DNA from: an uncultured Saprospirales bacterium
GTDB lineage: Bacteria; Bacteroidota; Bacteroidia; Chitinophagales; CAJXBJ01
Length of the DNA stretch: 64,000 nucleotides
Reading direction: 5' to 3'
Assembly (NCBI GenBank): GCA_913050195.1
Contig: CAJXBJ010000001.1
Span: forward strand, 2,916-66,915
Below are positions 40,548-49,197 of the stretch, one piece after another. The notes beneath the pieces were generated by a model. The model searched no databases and was not told the origin of the DNA. It saw nothing but the letters and a program-made list of their open reading frames with translations. The position numbers were made by a program, and so were the translations under genes. Each line of letters starts with the position of its first letter. Positions within the stretch are counted from its first letter, which is position 1.

Positions 40548-42485
40548 ATGCGGTCAATAATTGCCATATTAAGCCTTTGTTCTTGCCTTTTTGTTTTCTC
40601 TCAGGAAGAAGCTGAATTTAGATACATTCAAACATATGGCGATCACAAAACACCCATTGAAAGAGTGGTCTTTTCACCAGACAACAAACACATCATTAGT
40701 GGAGACTTTGATGGAATGTTGTTCTTCTGGTCTAAAAACAAGAATAAGCCAAAACACGAACATCGCGCTCATAATAATCGAATCAACAATATCAGCTTCA
40801 GCGAAGATGGTCGGTTTATGGCTACAGCGAGTAGTGACAAGACTGCTAAAGTGTGGACTTACCCTGATATGAAGCTGGTCAAAACATATAACTCAGATCA
40901 TAACATTTCCTTTATTTTATTTCACCCAGACAGCAGGCAAGTATATTTTGGCGGACAAGATGGAAGCATTTACAAACACTCATTTCTGTCAAAAAGCAAT
41001 CCATACCCTATTTATCACAATCCTTACTTTATAACTTCTGCTACCTACTCACCTGATGAGAAACATTTAGTATTTAGCTCAGGATTTTCAATTAAGTTTT
41101 TAAATCTAAGCACTAGTCGAGTAGAAAAAGAAATCGGTTCTTGCTCAGACTATGTCAACCAAATTGTATTTACTCCCAAAGGAAACCTTATTAGTTGGTG
41201 CGAAGATGGCACCCTTAATTATTGGGACTACCGCTTCGGATTTTATGGCCTTCTTTACAGCAAAAAAGCAGGTAAAACAGGATATAGTAATCTAGTAGCA
41301 TCCAATGACAACAAATATTTACTTACAGGTAATTCAGACAACAATGCTCGAATATGGGACCTACAAACTAAAAGTTTAGTTGGAGAACTGAAGGGACATA
41401 TGGATGTTGTGCGCTCCTTCGCATTTAGCAAAGGCAACCATTACATTGCTACATGTAGTTATGATGGCAACATTATACTTTGGGGAACACCCTACAGATA
41501 TCAGCAAGAGCAGAAAAAAATCATGGCTCAAAAAGCTGCAGCTGATGAATTGGTTCGCTCTGAACTTGCTGATGTAAATCCTATGATAAATAAGGCAGGC
41601 AACAACAAGACTGTTAACCCGATTTCTGAGCTCGACAACATACTGAATAAAAGCAATTTAGAAAGCCTTAAGGAAATTAAAAAAGAAGCAATAAGAAAGC
41701 CTAAAGCACCCATTAAAAAAGAAATTAAAATCAAATCCCAAGAGCTCGCTCAATTAGAAGTAGCTGATATAACAAGCGACATAAGCCAACTTAAAGAGCC
41801 AAAAGCCAAGGTAAACAAGCTAGAATTAAAGCCTGAGCAAAAACCGCATTTTAGTATGGATGTTCAAAAGATTCCACCTTTAAAACAAATGAAAGACCCA
41901 TTAGCGAACCATCAACCCAAACTCAATAAAGAAACATACAAACATAAAAGCCTAAATTTTGAAGCCATTGAAAAACGGGCAATGGAAGATGAGTTTGAAG
42001 CTTATTCTGTAAGCAGTGCTAGACTTGAAGCTCATGAGGAAGAAGATGTCAATTCTATAATGAAAAATATTATTGTTGCATACGAACAAAAAAATGTCCC
42101 ATCTGCAATTGATAATAGAAAAGTGATTACATCAAAAACTGTGGCTGTCAGCCAGAGTAACATTGAAGTCTTTATTTGGGATAACATGAAAGTAGATGGA
42201 GACCAAATTTCTATGATGATGAATGGAAAGTGGGTCTTACATAAACACACTTTATCTCAACACAAATTCAAGCTTGACTTAAAAATAGATCCACACTCGA
42301 ATAATTTTCTAGTTTTATATGCACACAATTTAGGTACCCAACCCCCTAATACGGCCGCTATTCGATTTTATGATGGTGAACGAACAAGAGAATTGCTACT
42401 AAAATCTGACCTTGGTGAGTGTGGTGCAATCAACTTTGTATACCAGTCTAATGCTGGATTAACGGGATATCAACCATCCAAATAG
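40548..42485 (+). CDS. Secreted 7-bladed WD40 beta-propeller protein with Lys/Glu-rich linker and an unassigned C-terminal domain
   Basis: Signal peptide MRSIIAILSLCSCLFVFSQ. Seven WD40-like blades (e.g. SGDFDGMLFFW, ASSDKTAKVW, GNSDNNARIW, CSYDGNIILW). Residues ~320-480 are low-complexity K/E/Q-rich. The last ~130 aa (IEVFIWDNMKVDGDQISMMMNG...NTAAIRFYDG...INFVY) are not recognised. Confidence 0.75.
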   Translation: MRSIIAILSLCSCLFVFSQEEAEFRYIQTYGDHKTPIERVVFSPDNKHIISGDFDGMLFFWSKNKNKPKHEHRAHNNRINNISFSEDGRFMATASSDKTAKVWTYPDMKLVKTYNSDHNISFILFHPDSRQVYFGGQDGSIYKHSFLSKSNPYPIYHNPYFITSATYSPDEKHLVFSSGFSIKFLNLSTSRVEKEIGSCSDYVNQIVFTPKGNLISWCEDGTLNYWDYRFGFYGLLYSKKAGKTGYSNLVASNDNKYLLTGNSDNNARIWDLQTKSLVGELKGHMDVVRSFAFSKGNHYIATCSYDGNIILWGTPYRYQQEQKKIMAQKAAADELVRSELADVNPMINKAGNNKTVNPISELDNILNKSNLESLKEIKKEAIRKPKAPIKKEIKIKSQELAQLEVADITSDISQLKEPKAKVNKLELKPEQKPHFSMDVQKIPPLKQMKDPLANHQPKLNKETYKHKSLNFEAIEKRAMEDEFEAYSVSSARLEAHEEEDVNSIMKNIIVAYEQKNVPSAIDNRKVITSKTVAVSQSNIEVFIWDNMKVDGDQISMMMNGKWVLHKHTLSQHKFKLDLKIDPHSNNFLVLYAHNLGTQPPNTAAIRFYDGERTRELLLKSDLGECGAINFVYQSNAGLTGYQPSK

Positions 42486-42544
42486 ATAATTTTTCGCTTA
42501 GTTTTATTAACTTCCTTCTTTCTTTTTAGAGTAGAAGTAGAATT

Positions 42545-43510
42545 ATGGGAGCAGGAAATACTTTAAGCAAAGAAGAGCTTAATGAATATTTTGACCTTAT
42601 TGCAAGCAAAATTGGAGTAAAGCCTTATCATCGACATTTTGAAAGTGCAGAAATCATATCTGATGGATTAAAAATACATTTGGATATTTTTGAACACCAT
42701 CCAAAAGCTCCAAATATATTATTTATTCCAGGCACGGCTTTATATGCAATGTGCTACGCTGAAATCATGTACAAGCTTGGCATGCAAGGATTTAATGTCA
42801 TTGGCATAGACCCAAGAGGACATGGTAGAAGCGAAGGCAATCGGGGTGATTATACATTAATGGAAGTAATGAAGGATGTTGAGAACACTATTGAATACAT
42901 TAGAAACCGATATAATGACCAAGTAAGCTTAATTGGAAGCAGTCAAGGAGGCATCCTTGCCTTCTACCTAGCAGCTAAAGATGCAAAGATACAAAGCGCT
43001 GTTTGCCAAAATTTTGCAGACCTCACAGACCCTGAAACCCTCAACCTAACAAGAAGCCCTAGTATTACCTCTTTTTTAAAACCCATCATGCTCACTATGA
43101 GCGGAGTCATAGGGGAACAATCCATACCTATCTCTACTTACTTAGATTTAGAAAGCATAAAGGTTCGCCACTGGGGTAATGCCAAAAACTTTATAGAATC
43201 AGACCCGCTTGCACTGCAAAGTATTACATTAAGAGCGTTGCGCTCATTAGCTACGACACATCTAAGCAGACCAATAGATCAAATTAAGATTCCAGTTATG
43301 GTATTCCAAGGAAATAAGGATAGCATATTCCCGGTTCATTACACAGAAAAAATATTTAATCAGCTCAATTGCAAAAAGAGAATTCAAATCTTTGATGGCT
43401 TAAACCACGCGTTGATTACAGAAGATGTAGATGTTGTACTGCCATCAATTGTGAAGTGGCTCAAAGAAATATACTCAGAAGTCAAACTCGAAGAGGACAC
43501 CCCTCTTTAG
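42545..43510 (+). CDS. Alpha/beta-fold hydrolase (lysophospholipase/monoacylglycerol-lipase-like)
   Basis: HG oxyanion region (DPRGHGRSEG), nucleophile elbow GSSQGG (GxSxG) and a C-terminal ...GLNHAL providing the His. Confidence 0.8.
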   Translation: MGAGNTLSKEELNEYFDLIASKIGVKPYHRHFESAEIISDGLKIHLDIFEHHPKAPNILFIPGTALYAMCYAEIMYKLGMQGFNVIGIDPRGHGRSEGNRGDYTLMEVMKDVENTIEYIRNRYNDQVSLIGSSQGGILAFYLAAKDAKIQSAVCQNFADLTDPETLNLTRSPSITSFLKPIMLTMSGVIGEQSIPISTYLDLESIKVRHWGNAKNFIESDPLALQSITLRALRSLATTHLSRPIDQIKIPVMVFQGNKDSIFPVHYTEKIFNQLNCKKRIQIFDGLNHALITEDVDVVLPSIVKWLKEIYSEVKLEEDTPL

Positions 43511-43598
43511 GACAAGACTTACAAAAACGGCCTTTCTTCTTATACTTTTTACAGCACTTTTTCTTTAGCTTCTTCGTTGTTGTTATCCCCTTTTTCAT
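43482..43598 (-). CDS. Possible 38-aa Lys/Cys-rich micro-protein (MKKGITTTKKLKKKCCKKYKKKGRFCKSCPKEGCPLRV)
   Basis: Hand-translated and not in the ORF track (<60 aa). ATG at 43598, TGA at 43482-43484. Five Cys arranged CC-x9-CxxC-x4-C. It lies 80 nt downstream of, and co-directional with, ydeP. Its 3' end overlaps the convergent hydrolase gene by 29 nt. It could be a chance ORF in A-rich sequence. Confidence 0.25.
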   Translation of the reverse strand: MKKGITTTKKLKKKCCKKYKKKGRFCKSCPKEGCPLRV

Positions 43599-43678
43599 TG
43601 CTTCTATTAGAAGTCGGGGACTAAATTAATTCTTATTTAGATTAATTCCAAATAAGAGATTTCAACACATCCAATATA

Positions 43679-45979
43679 CTACACCTTATCAAGGCTCACC
43701 TTTATATACTTTGAAGCTGGGGTATCACTTTTATACGCTTTTAAATCTAAAGGAATAAGCACATTAGTTTCCGGAAAATAGGACGCTATGCATCCTCTAG
43801 ATATTTTGTATGGCACAACTACAAAGTTATTAGCAAGTCTTGTTACTCCATCATAATTACTCTTCAGATGAATTTTATCTCCTTTTGACAAACCTTCTTG
43901 ACTCATATCATCTGGATGCATTAGAACTACTCTACGCTCATTATATACGCCACGATATCTATCATCCATTCCATAAATAGTCGTATTAAATTGATCATGA
44001 CTTCTTATCGTCATGAGAACATACTGCCCATCAGATAAACTATGTTCGGGCAATGCACAAATAGAAAACTTCGCTTTTTTAATATCTGTATCAAAATCCT
44101 GATTTCGTGCACAATTCGGTAAATAAAACCCTCCACTCTGCCTTACTCTAGCATTATAGCTATCAAATCCGGGTATACATTTCTCAATATTGTCACGTAT
44201 CAAGTCATAATCCTTTGACATTTCTGACCACTTTATACCGCTACTTGAAGTAGCATGCTCGTATGCCTGTGCTAAACCAGAGACAATAGCTACTTCGCTC
44301 TTCAAATATCTTGAAGATGGAAACTTTCGGCCCATACTTTTGTGAACTACGCCCATTGAATTCTCCACACTAACAAACTGATTAATCCCTTCTTGGTCAT
44401 CCTTTTCAGAACGCCCCAAGCAAGGCAAAATAATGGCAGTCTTTGCGGTCACTAAATGTGATCGATTTAGTTTTGTAGACACCTGCACACTTAAGTCACA
44501 GTTCATCATTGCTTCTCCGCTAAATTGACTGTCCGGTGTTGCCGAAATAAAGTTACCGCCCATTGCCATAAATAGCTTGACCTTAGAAGCATGCATAGCT
44601 TCAATAGCTTCCACTACATTATAACCATGCTCTCTTGGAGAATCAATACCAAAACAGGCGTCGAGATTTTTTAAAAATAATTCCGTAGGCCTTTCAATTA
44701 TACCTACAGTTCTATCTCCTTGAACGTTACTGTGCCCCCGAACTGGACAGCTTCCCGCACCATCTTTACCAATACTACCCTTGAGTAATAATAAATTTAC
44801 GACCTCTTTGATATTTTCTACACCATTGAGGTGCTGGGTTAAACCCATAGCCCAACAGATAATAATTCGCTTCTTTTTAGCCAAAAGATCAATGACCTTC
44901 GTTAAAACATTTGGATCTACTTGACTGTCCCTTACCAAACTTTCATATTCGTAGTTCTCTAAATCAGCAATAAGCTCATTATAACCCTTTGTTTTTTCCT
45001 TAATAAAGTTCAAGTCAAAGACTGAACCAGGACTCTCCTTTTCTTTAATCAACAAGCCCTTCATAATAGCTTTAAGCAAAGCTACATCTCCATTAATTCT
45101 AACTTGTAAAAAGTAATCATTAAGCTGAGTACCTCCCTTAACTATCTCCCATGGATCTTTAGGATCTACAAAGGCAATATTACCCGATTCTAAAATTGGG
45201 TTAATCGTAATTATCTTTCCTCCCCTATCCTTACATTTCTTAAGAGCCGACATCATACGGGGATGATTCGTACCCGGATTCTGACCAACAACAATTACTA
45301 CCTCCGCTTTATCAAAATCCTCAAGAGTTACTGATCCCTTTCCTATACCCAATGTTTCAGATAGACCAACCCCACTAGACTCGTGACACATATTTGAACA
45401 ATCTGGCAAATTATTGGTCCCTAAACGCCTAGCAAAAAGCTGATACAAAAATGCTGCTTCATTACTTGTTCGACCTGAAGTGTAAAACACTGCTTCATTA
45501 GGATCTTTCAGGTCAGCCAAATGAGAAGCTATTAAATTAAAAGCCTCCTCCCACTCAATGGGTTCATAATGCACACTTCCTTCTCGAAGTATCATTGGGC
45601 GTGTCAATCTACCCTGTATACCTAGCCAATAATCACTCTTTCTGCTTAAGGCTTCAACAGAATAATTAGCCATAAATTTTCTTCCTATACGCTTAGACGT
45701 GGCTTCATCAGCAAGCGCTTTAGCTCCATTTTCACAATATTCAGCTACGGAAGAACGCGCGCCATCTGGATCTGGCCAAGCACAAGACGGACAATCAAAG
45801 CCATCCTTTTGATTCATGCGCTGAAGAAGTAACATTCCCTCAAGCACTCCTAGCTCATCACGCACCTTATCTACGGCCTTCTGAACACCCTTTACACCCG
45901 CTGCTTTACGTGCTGGCAATCCAATTCTTAGCTTCTCACTAGTCTCTTCAGGTGGTATGATACGTATATCTCGCTTCAA
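43679..45979 (-). CDS. ydeP: FdhF/YdeP-family molybdopterin oxidoreductase
   Basis: The N-terminus ...PARKAAGVKGV...NQKDGFDCPSCAWPDP is the YdeP-family signature, followed by molybdopterin-oxidoreductase and C-terminal MopB-binding domains. The only in-frame start giving the full N-terminus is a TTG at 45979. Confidence 0.88.
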   Translation of the reverse strand: MKRDIRIIPPEETSEKLRIGLPARKAAGVKGVQKAVDKVRDELGVLEGMLLLQRMNQKDGFDCPSCAWPDPDGARSSVAEYCENGAKALADEATSKRIGRKFMANYSVEALSRKSDYWLGIQGRLTRPMILREGSVHYEPIEWEEAFNLIASHLADLKDPNEAVFYTSGRTSNEAAFLYQLFARRLGTNNLPDCSNMCHESSGVGLSETLGIGKGSVTLEDFDKAEVVIVVGQNPGTNHPRMMSALKKCKDRGGKIITINPILESGNIAFVDPKDPWEIVKGGTQLNDYFLQVRINGDVALLKAIMKGLLIKEKESPGSVFDLNFIKEKTKGYNELIADLENYEYESLVRDSQVDPNVLTKVIDLLAKKKRIIICWAMGLTQHLNGVENIKEVVNLLLLKGSIGKDGAGSCPVRGHSNVQGDRTVGIIERPTELFLKNLDACFGIDSPREHGYNVVEAIEAMHASKVKLFMAMGGNFISATPDSQFSGEAMMNCDLSVQVSTKLNRSHLVTAKTAIILPCLGRSEKDDQEGINQFVSVENSMGVVHKSMGRKFPSSRYLKSEVAIVSGLAQAYEHATSSSGIKWSEMSKDYDLIRDNIEKCIPGFDSYNARVRQSGGFYLPNCARNQDFDTDIKKAKFSICALPEHSLSDGQYVLMTIRSHDQFNTTIYGMDDRYRGVYNERRVVLMHPDDMSQEGLSKGDKIHLKSNYDGVTRLANNFVVVPYKISRGCIASYFPETNVLIPLDLKAYKSDTPASKYIKVSLDKV

Positions 45980-45984
45980 CTACA

Positions 45985-47298
45985 TTATTCTTTATAAAAT
46001 GGAATTAATGCTTGTATTTTATACTTTTCATCCTCTGTTAATTCATTATCTGTAAAAAACAGATGGTTTTTGTCGTCTTGACCTAAAAAAGCTTTGACAA
46101 GTATTTTTTCTAAATCCTTTTGCTCAACCTTTAACACATGTTTTCCGATAGACAGTTTACTTATATCAAGCAAAATCAAAATCCCTCTCTCTTTATTTTC
46201 AGGATGTTTCGTGAGGTATGCCTCATAATCAACATAAATTGAATCATCTATATAAATTTGTTTCTGATCACGCAGCAATGAAAGTAATTTTGAAGCATCT
46301 AAATCATTGTGGATTTCATTCCAATTACCAAGAAGCCCACTAGCTCCAATAAAAACCTCCAGATAATTTTTATTAATCATTAGAGAAGGAATTGTAATCT
46401 TTTTAAGTCGGGCTTTCCCATTCACATCCTCATAGTGATTAGCATTTATAAAATAGGTGTTTTTATTATCAGATTTAAATATAGAGTCTTTGGGAGTTAA
46501 CAGAATCGGAAGGAAAATTAAGCCTAAAATATAGGCCATAAAAATCAGACTTAAAAAACGCTTCTTCAATCTTGAAATGAATGTATAATATAAGGTTTCA
46601 TATATAAATGACAAGCTTATCTTTCTAAAGAATCGATTGAAAACATTAAAATAGAAAACACCAAATCTTCCCTTTTTTAAAAATCCTGCACTTATAAAAT
46701 CAACAAAGGTCAATAACAGACCAATTACAAAATAAATTAACCATAGATTGAAAATTATATTAACTAATATATTTTCATAAATCTCCAGTTGAAAGATTAC
46801 AAAAATGGGAAACACAGTAACTACAATGACACTAATCATTCCTAGACATAAACATAAAATCAAAAAAGTAAAAGAAAAGTTAATGCTTATAAAATCATCG
46901 ATCTTCAATATGAGCTCCTTAAGCTGAGGCACACGCTTCTTAATTTTATCTTTTATCTTAGAATTATAGTCTAAACTGTCAATGTTATATCCATCTGGAT
47001 ATACTGAACTAAGACCAATTAAACCAATCCAAAACCCTCTAGATAAAATATGAAGTGACAAGTGAAAAATTAAAACAAAAGAAACTAACTTAAAGGAATA
47101 AAAAAGAGCAGCAAAAAAGAATACTCTGAATGTTGTAAGACTTAAACTAAACGATAATTTAAAATCAAGCCACAAACTAGTTATTTGGGCTGGTAGCTGT
47201 AGAAGTAAAATCAACACAAAACCAGAAATCAATAACTCGAGTTCCCAGCTTTCTCGCTGTAGCCTCTCTAACCAATTTTTTTTCTCACTTTGACTCAT
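45985..47298 (-). CDS. Multi-pass membrane protein with C-terminal soluble domain, unknown function
   Basis: 437 aa with about 7 hydrophobic helices in the first ~270 aa, then a ~165-aa hydrophilic domain. No catalytic motif recognised. It lies 10 nt after fdhD and 5 nt before ydeP. Confidence 0.6.
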   Translation of the reverse strand: MSQSEKKNWLERLQRESWELELLISGFVLILLLQLPAQITSLWLDFKLSFSLSLTTFRVFFFAALFYSFKLVSFVLIFHLSLHILSRGFWIGLIGLSSVYPDGYNIDSLDYNSKIKDKIKKRVPQLKELILKIDDFISINFSFTFLILCLCLGMISVIVVTVFPIFVIFQLEIYENILVNIIFNLWLIYFVIGLLLTFVDFISAGFLKKGRFGVFYFNVFNRFFRKISLSFIYETLYYTFISRLKKRFLSLIFMAYILGLIFLPILLTPKDSIFKSDNKNTYFINANHYEDVNGKARLKKITIPSLMINKNYLEVFIGASGLLGNWNEIHNDLDASKLLSLLRDQKQIYIDDSIYVDYEAYLTKHPENKERGILILLDISKLSIGKHVLKVEQKDLEKILVKAFLGQDDKNHLFFTDNELTEDEKYKIQALIPFYKE

Positions 47299-47308
47299 CG
47301 AACACCTA

Positions 47309-48133
47309 TTATTTTACTCGCTTCGCATTTGTGTATATGTTAAATCGATCTTCTTTGGCAAAACCAATTAAGGTCATTCCACTTTCTCTTGCTAAATCCA
47401 CTGCCAAGCTTGATGGCGCACCCACAGACACCAGCATAGGAAGATTTGCATTTGCTGCCTTTTGAACCATTTCAAAGCCTGCACGGCCACTCAACCATAA
47501 TAGATGCTCTGAGACCTCTAGATTATTAATAAGCATATAACCAATCAGCTTATCAAGGGCATTGTGCCGTCCAATATCTTCAAATATTTTTATCAATTTG
47601 GCATCCTTATCAAAGAGCGCTGCTGCATGCAGACCACCAGTATGCCGAAAAATAAGCTGTTCATTATCGAGTTTACTTTGGAGCTTAAACAAATCGTGCT
47701 TATTTAGGTTCCACTGATGCTTACTTGTCTCAAAATCACACTTCAATGCATCAATCGTTGATTTACCACATACACCACAAGCTGAATTCATATAAGCAAA
47801 TCGCCCTAAACGTGCATGATCAACTTGAACGTCTGGTGATAATGAAACTCTAATAACATTGCCCTCTTCTTCGGGCTTAACTTTTATACAATGCTTTGCA
47901 GAAATGACATCTTCTCCACTAGATATAACCCCTTCTGATTTTAAAAGACCAATAGCTAAATAGTCATCCTCACCTGGTGTCCGCATTGTCACTAAGAGAT
48001 TCTTGCGATACCTACAGTTCTCCAAACCAAATTCAATCTGTATCTGTAAGGGTTCTTCTACAACAATTAGATCATCTTGCTCAGACTTACTTTCCAATTG
48101 GTGTTTTTCTATGGATAGTGCATTAACTTTCAT
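47309..48133 (-). CDS. fdhD: Formate dehydrogenase accessory sulfurtransferase FdhD
   Basis: The conserved Cys loop NSACGVCGKSTIDAL and the C-terminal GGLHAAALF...GRHNALDKLIG...SGRAGFEMVQKA pattern are present. I prefer the ATG at 48133; the ORF-track TTG at 48139 adds 2 residues. Confidence 0.9.
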   Translation of the reverse strand: MKVNALSIEKHQLESKSEQDDLIVVEEPLQIQIEFGLENCRYRKNLLVTMRTPGEDDYLAIGLLKSEGVISSGEDVISAKHCIKVKPEEEGNVIRVSLSPDVQVDHARLGRFAYMNSACGVCGKSTIDALKCDFETSKHQWNLNKHDLFKLQSKLDNEQLIFRHTGGLHAAALFDKDAKLIKIFEDIGRHNALDKLIGYMLINNLEVSEHLLWLSGRAGFEMVQKAANANLPMLVSVGAPSSLAVDLARESGMTLIGFAKEDRFNIYTNAKRVK

Positions 48134-48244
48134 CAGCAATTTAATATTTGCATTATAAAATAAATCTGTAATACGTTTTTTTAATGGGTTAGTTATATTT
48201 TATTTTGTGTACCACTTTTGTAATTATCATACCAATATAGAGCT

Positions 48245-48766
48245 ATGAACACATTCCTCAAATTTCTTTCATATTCCAGTTACTTTTTTTATATACTATC
48301 TTGCTATTGCATATTAATGAGTTTGTACGTAGGCTATACAGCAGAAGACCCCATGCTTGTTGAGCCTAATTTTTTGGACTATGGCGGATATGGCATCTTT
48401 TGCCTAGGTCTATATATTGCCCTTAAGGGAATGTCTGATGATATTACTGTTTTCTCTGAAAAAGAACTAAGCCTGTTAACGAACGATAAAAAATTAAAAC
48501 GAAAAATCTATAGCTACAAATTCGTTGCAATTACATTTACAATATTTTGTTTTGTATTCATACCCATAAGGTGGCTTGACTGGGATTGGGGATCCTATGG
48601 AGAGGAGGCTTCTAATTTTGCTATAAATTTCATCCCACTAATCATTGCATCTATTTTTGAAATAAAACAACTGAATGACAGAAAGGAATACTACAACCTT
48701 CTACAGAAACATCAAAAGGCAATAAACACATCTGATATTGAGCCTGAGGAGGCATTAGAAGGCTAA
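48245..48766 (+). CDS. Small membrane protein, unknown function
   Basis: 173 aa with about 4 hydrophobic helices and an acidic tail. Divergent from fdhD. No motif recognised. Confidence 0.45.
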   Translation: MNTFLKFLSYSSYFFYILSCYCILMSLYVGYTAEDPMLVEPNFLDYGGYGIFCLGLYIALKGMSDDITVFSEKELSLLTNDKKLKRKIYSYKFVAITFTIFCFVFIPIRWLDWDWGSYGEEASNFAINFIPLIIASIFEIKQLNDRKEYYNLLQKHQKAINTSDIEPEEALEG

Positions 48767-49158
48767 AGCTTCTGCCACTTATGATTACTCATAAGCTTGA
48801 ACTTGCCCACCAGCTCAAAATTATATTTACGCCCCCACTCTTCTGGTGAAAGCATACTCAAGAAGTATTCCTCTTCTCGACTATATAGATAATAGATCTT
48901 TCCAATGACAGGCTTAAACTTCATCTCTGCAGAATAGACCATATTATTCCACTTCACCTCATCCATCAAGTCAATGTATCGACTTTTAAGCTCATCAAAC
49001 TCTTGCTTGAATATATCGCTTAGCTCATTGGAAACATTTGCCAAATACAAGTCCATTTTTTCAGGAGCAAAAGAAGGTGCACCTAGATTAGTTGGATACT
49101 CCATTGCATGTGGTTTATCCACTACCATATCTGGCTTGTCTTTTTTCTTTTTTGACAT
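48763..49158 (-). CDS. Conserved hypothetical protein (DUF2452-like)
   Basis: The pattern ...MVYSAEMKFKPVIGKIYYLY...FLSMLSPEEWGRK...KLMSNHKWQKL resembles, from memory, the Bacteroidota DUF2452 family. Function unknown. Confidence 0.5.
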   Translation of the reverse strand: MSKKKKDKPDMVVDKPHAMEYPTNLGAPSFAPEKMDLYLANVSNELSDIFKQEFDELKSRYIDLMDEVKWNNMVYSAEMKFKPVIGKIYYLYSREEEYFLSMLSPEEWGRKYNFELVGKFKLMSNHKWQKL

Positions 49159-49197
49159 GATTCAAAGATAGATATTTTAAAGTATATTTGGTATTGC

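Noticed and set aside
43679-45979. Possible selenocysteine (in-frame TGA) in the YdeP/FdhF-family enzyme
   Set aside because: The ORF is continuous with no internal TGA, and the position equivalent to the FdhF Sec/Cys ligand does not require recoding here.
49159-49197. Looked for a Moco riboswitch upstream of moaA, of the mobA-moaD-moaE-moaC/B operon (52326-52363) and of fdhD (48134-48244)
   Set aside because: The gaps are only 39, 38 and ~110 nt, and they are AT-rich with no conserved GC-paired stems. A Moco riboswitch needs about 130-150 structured nt.
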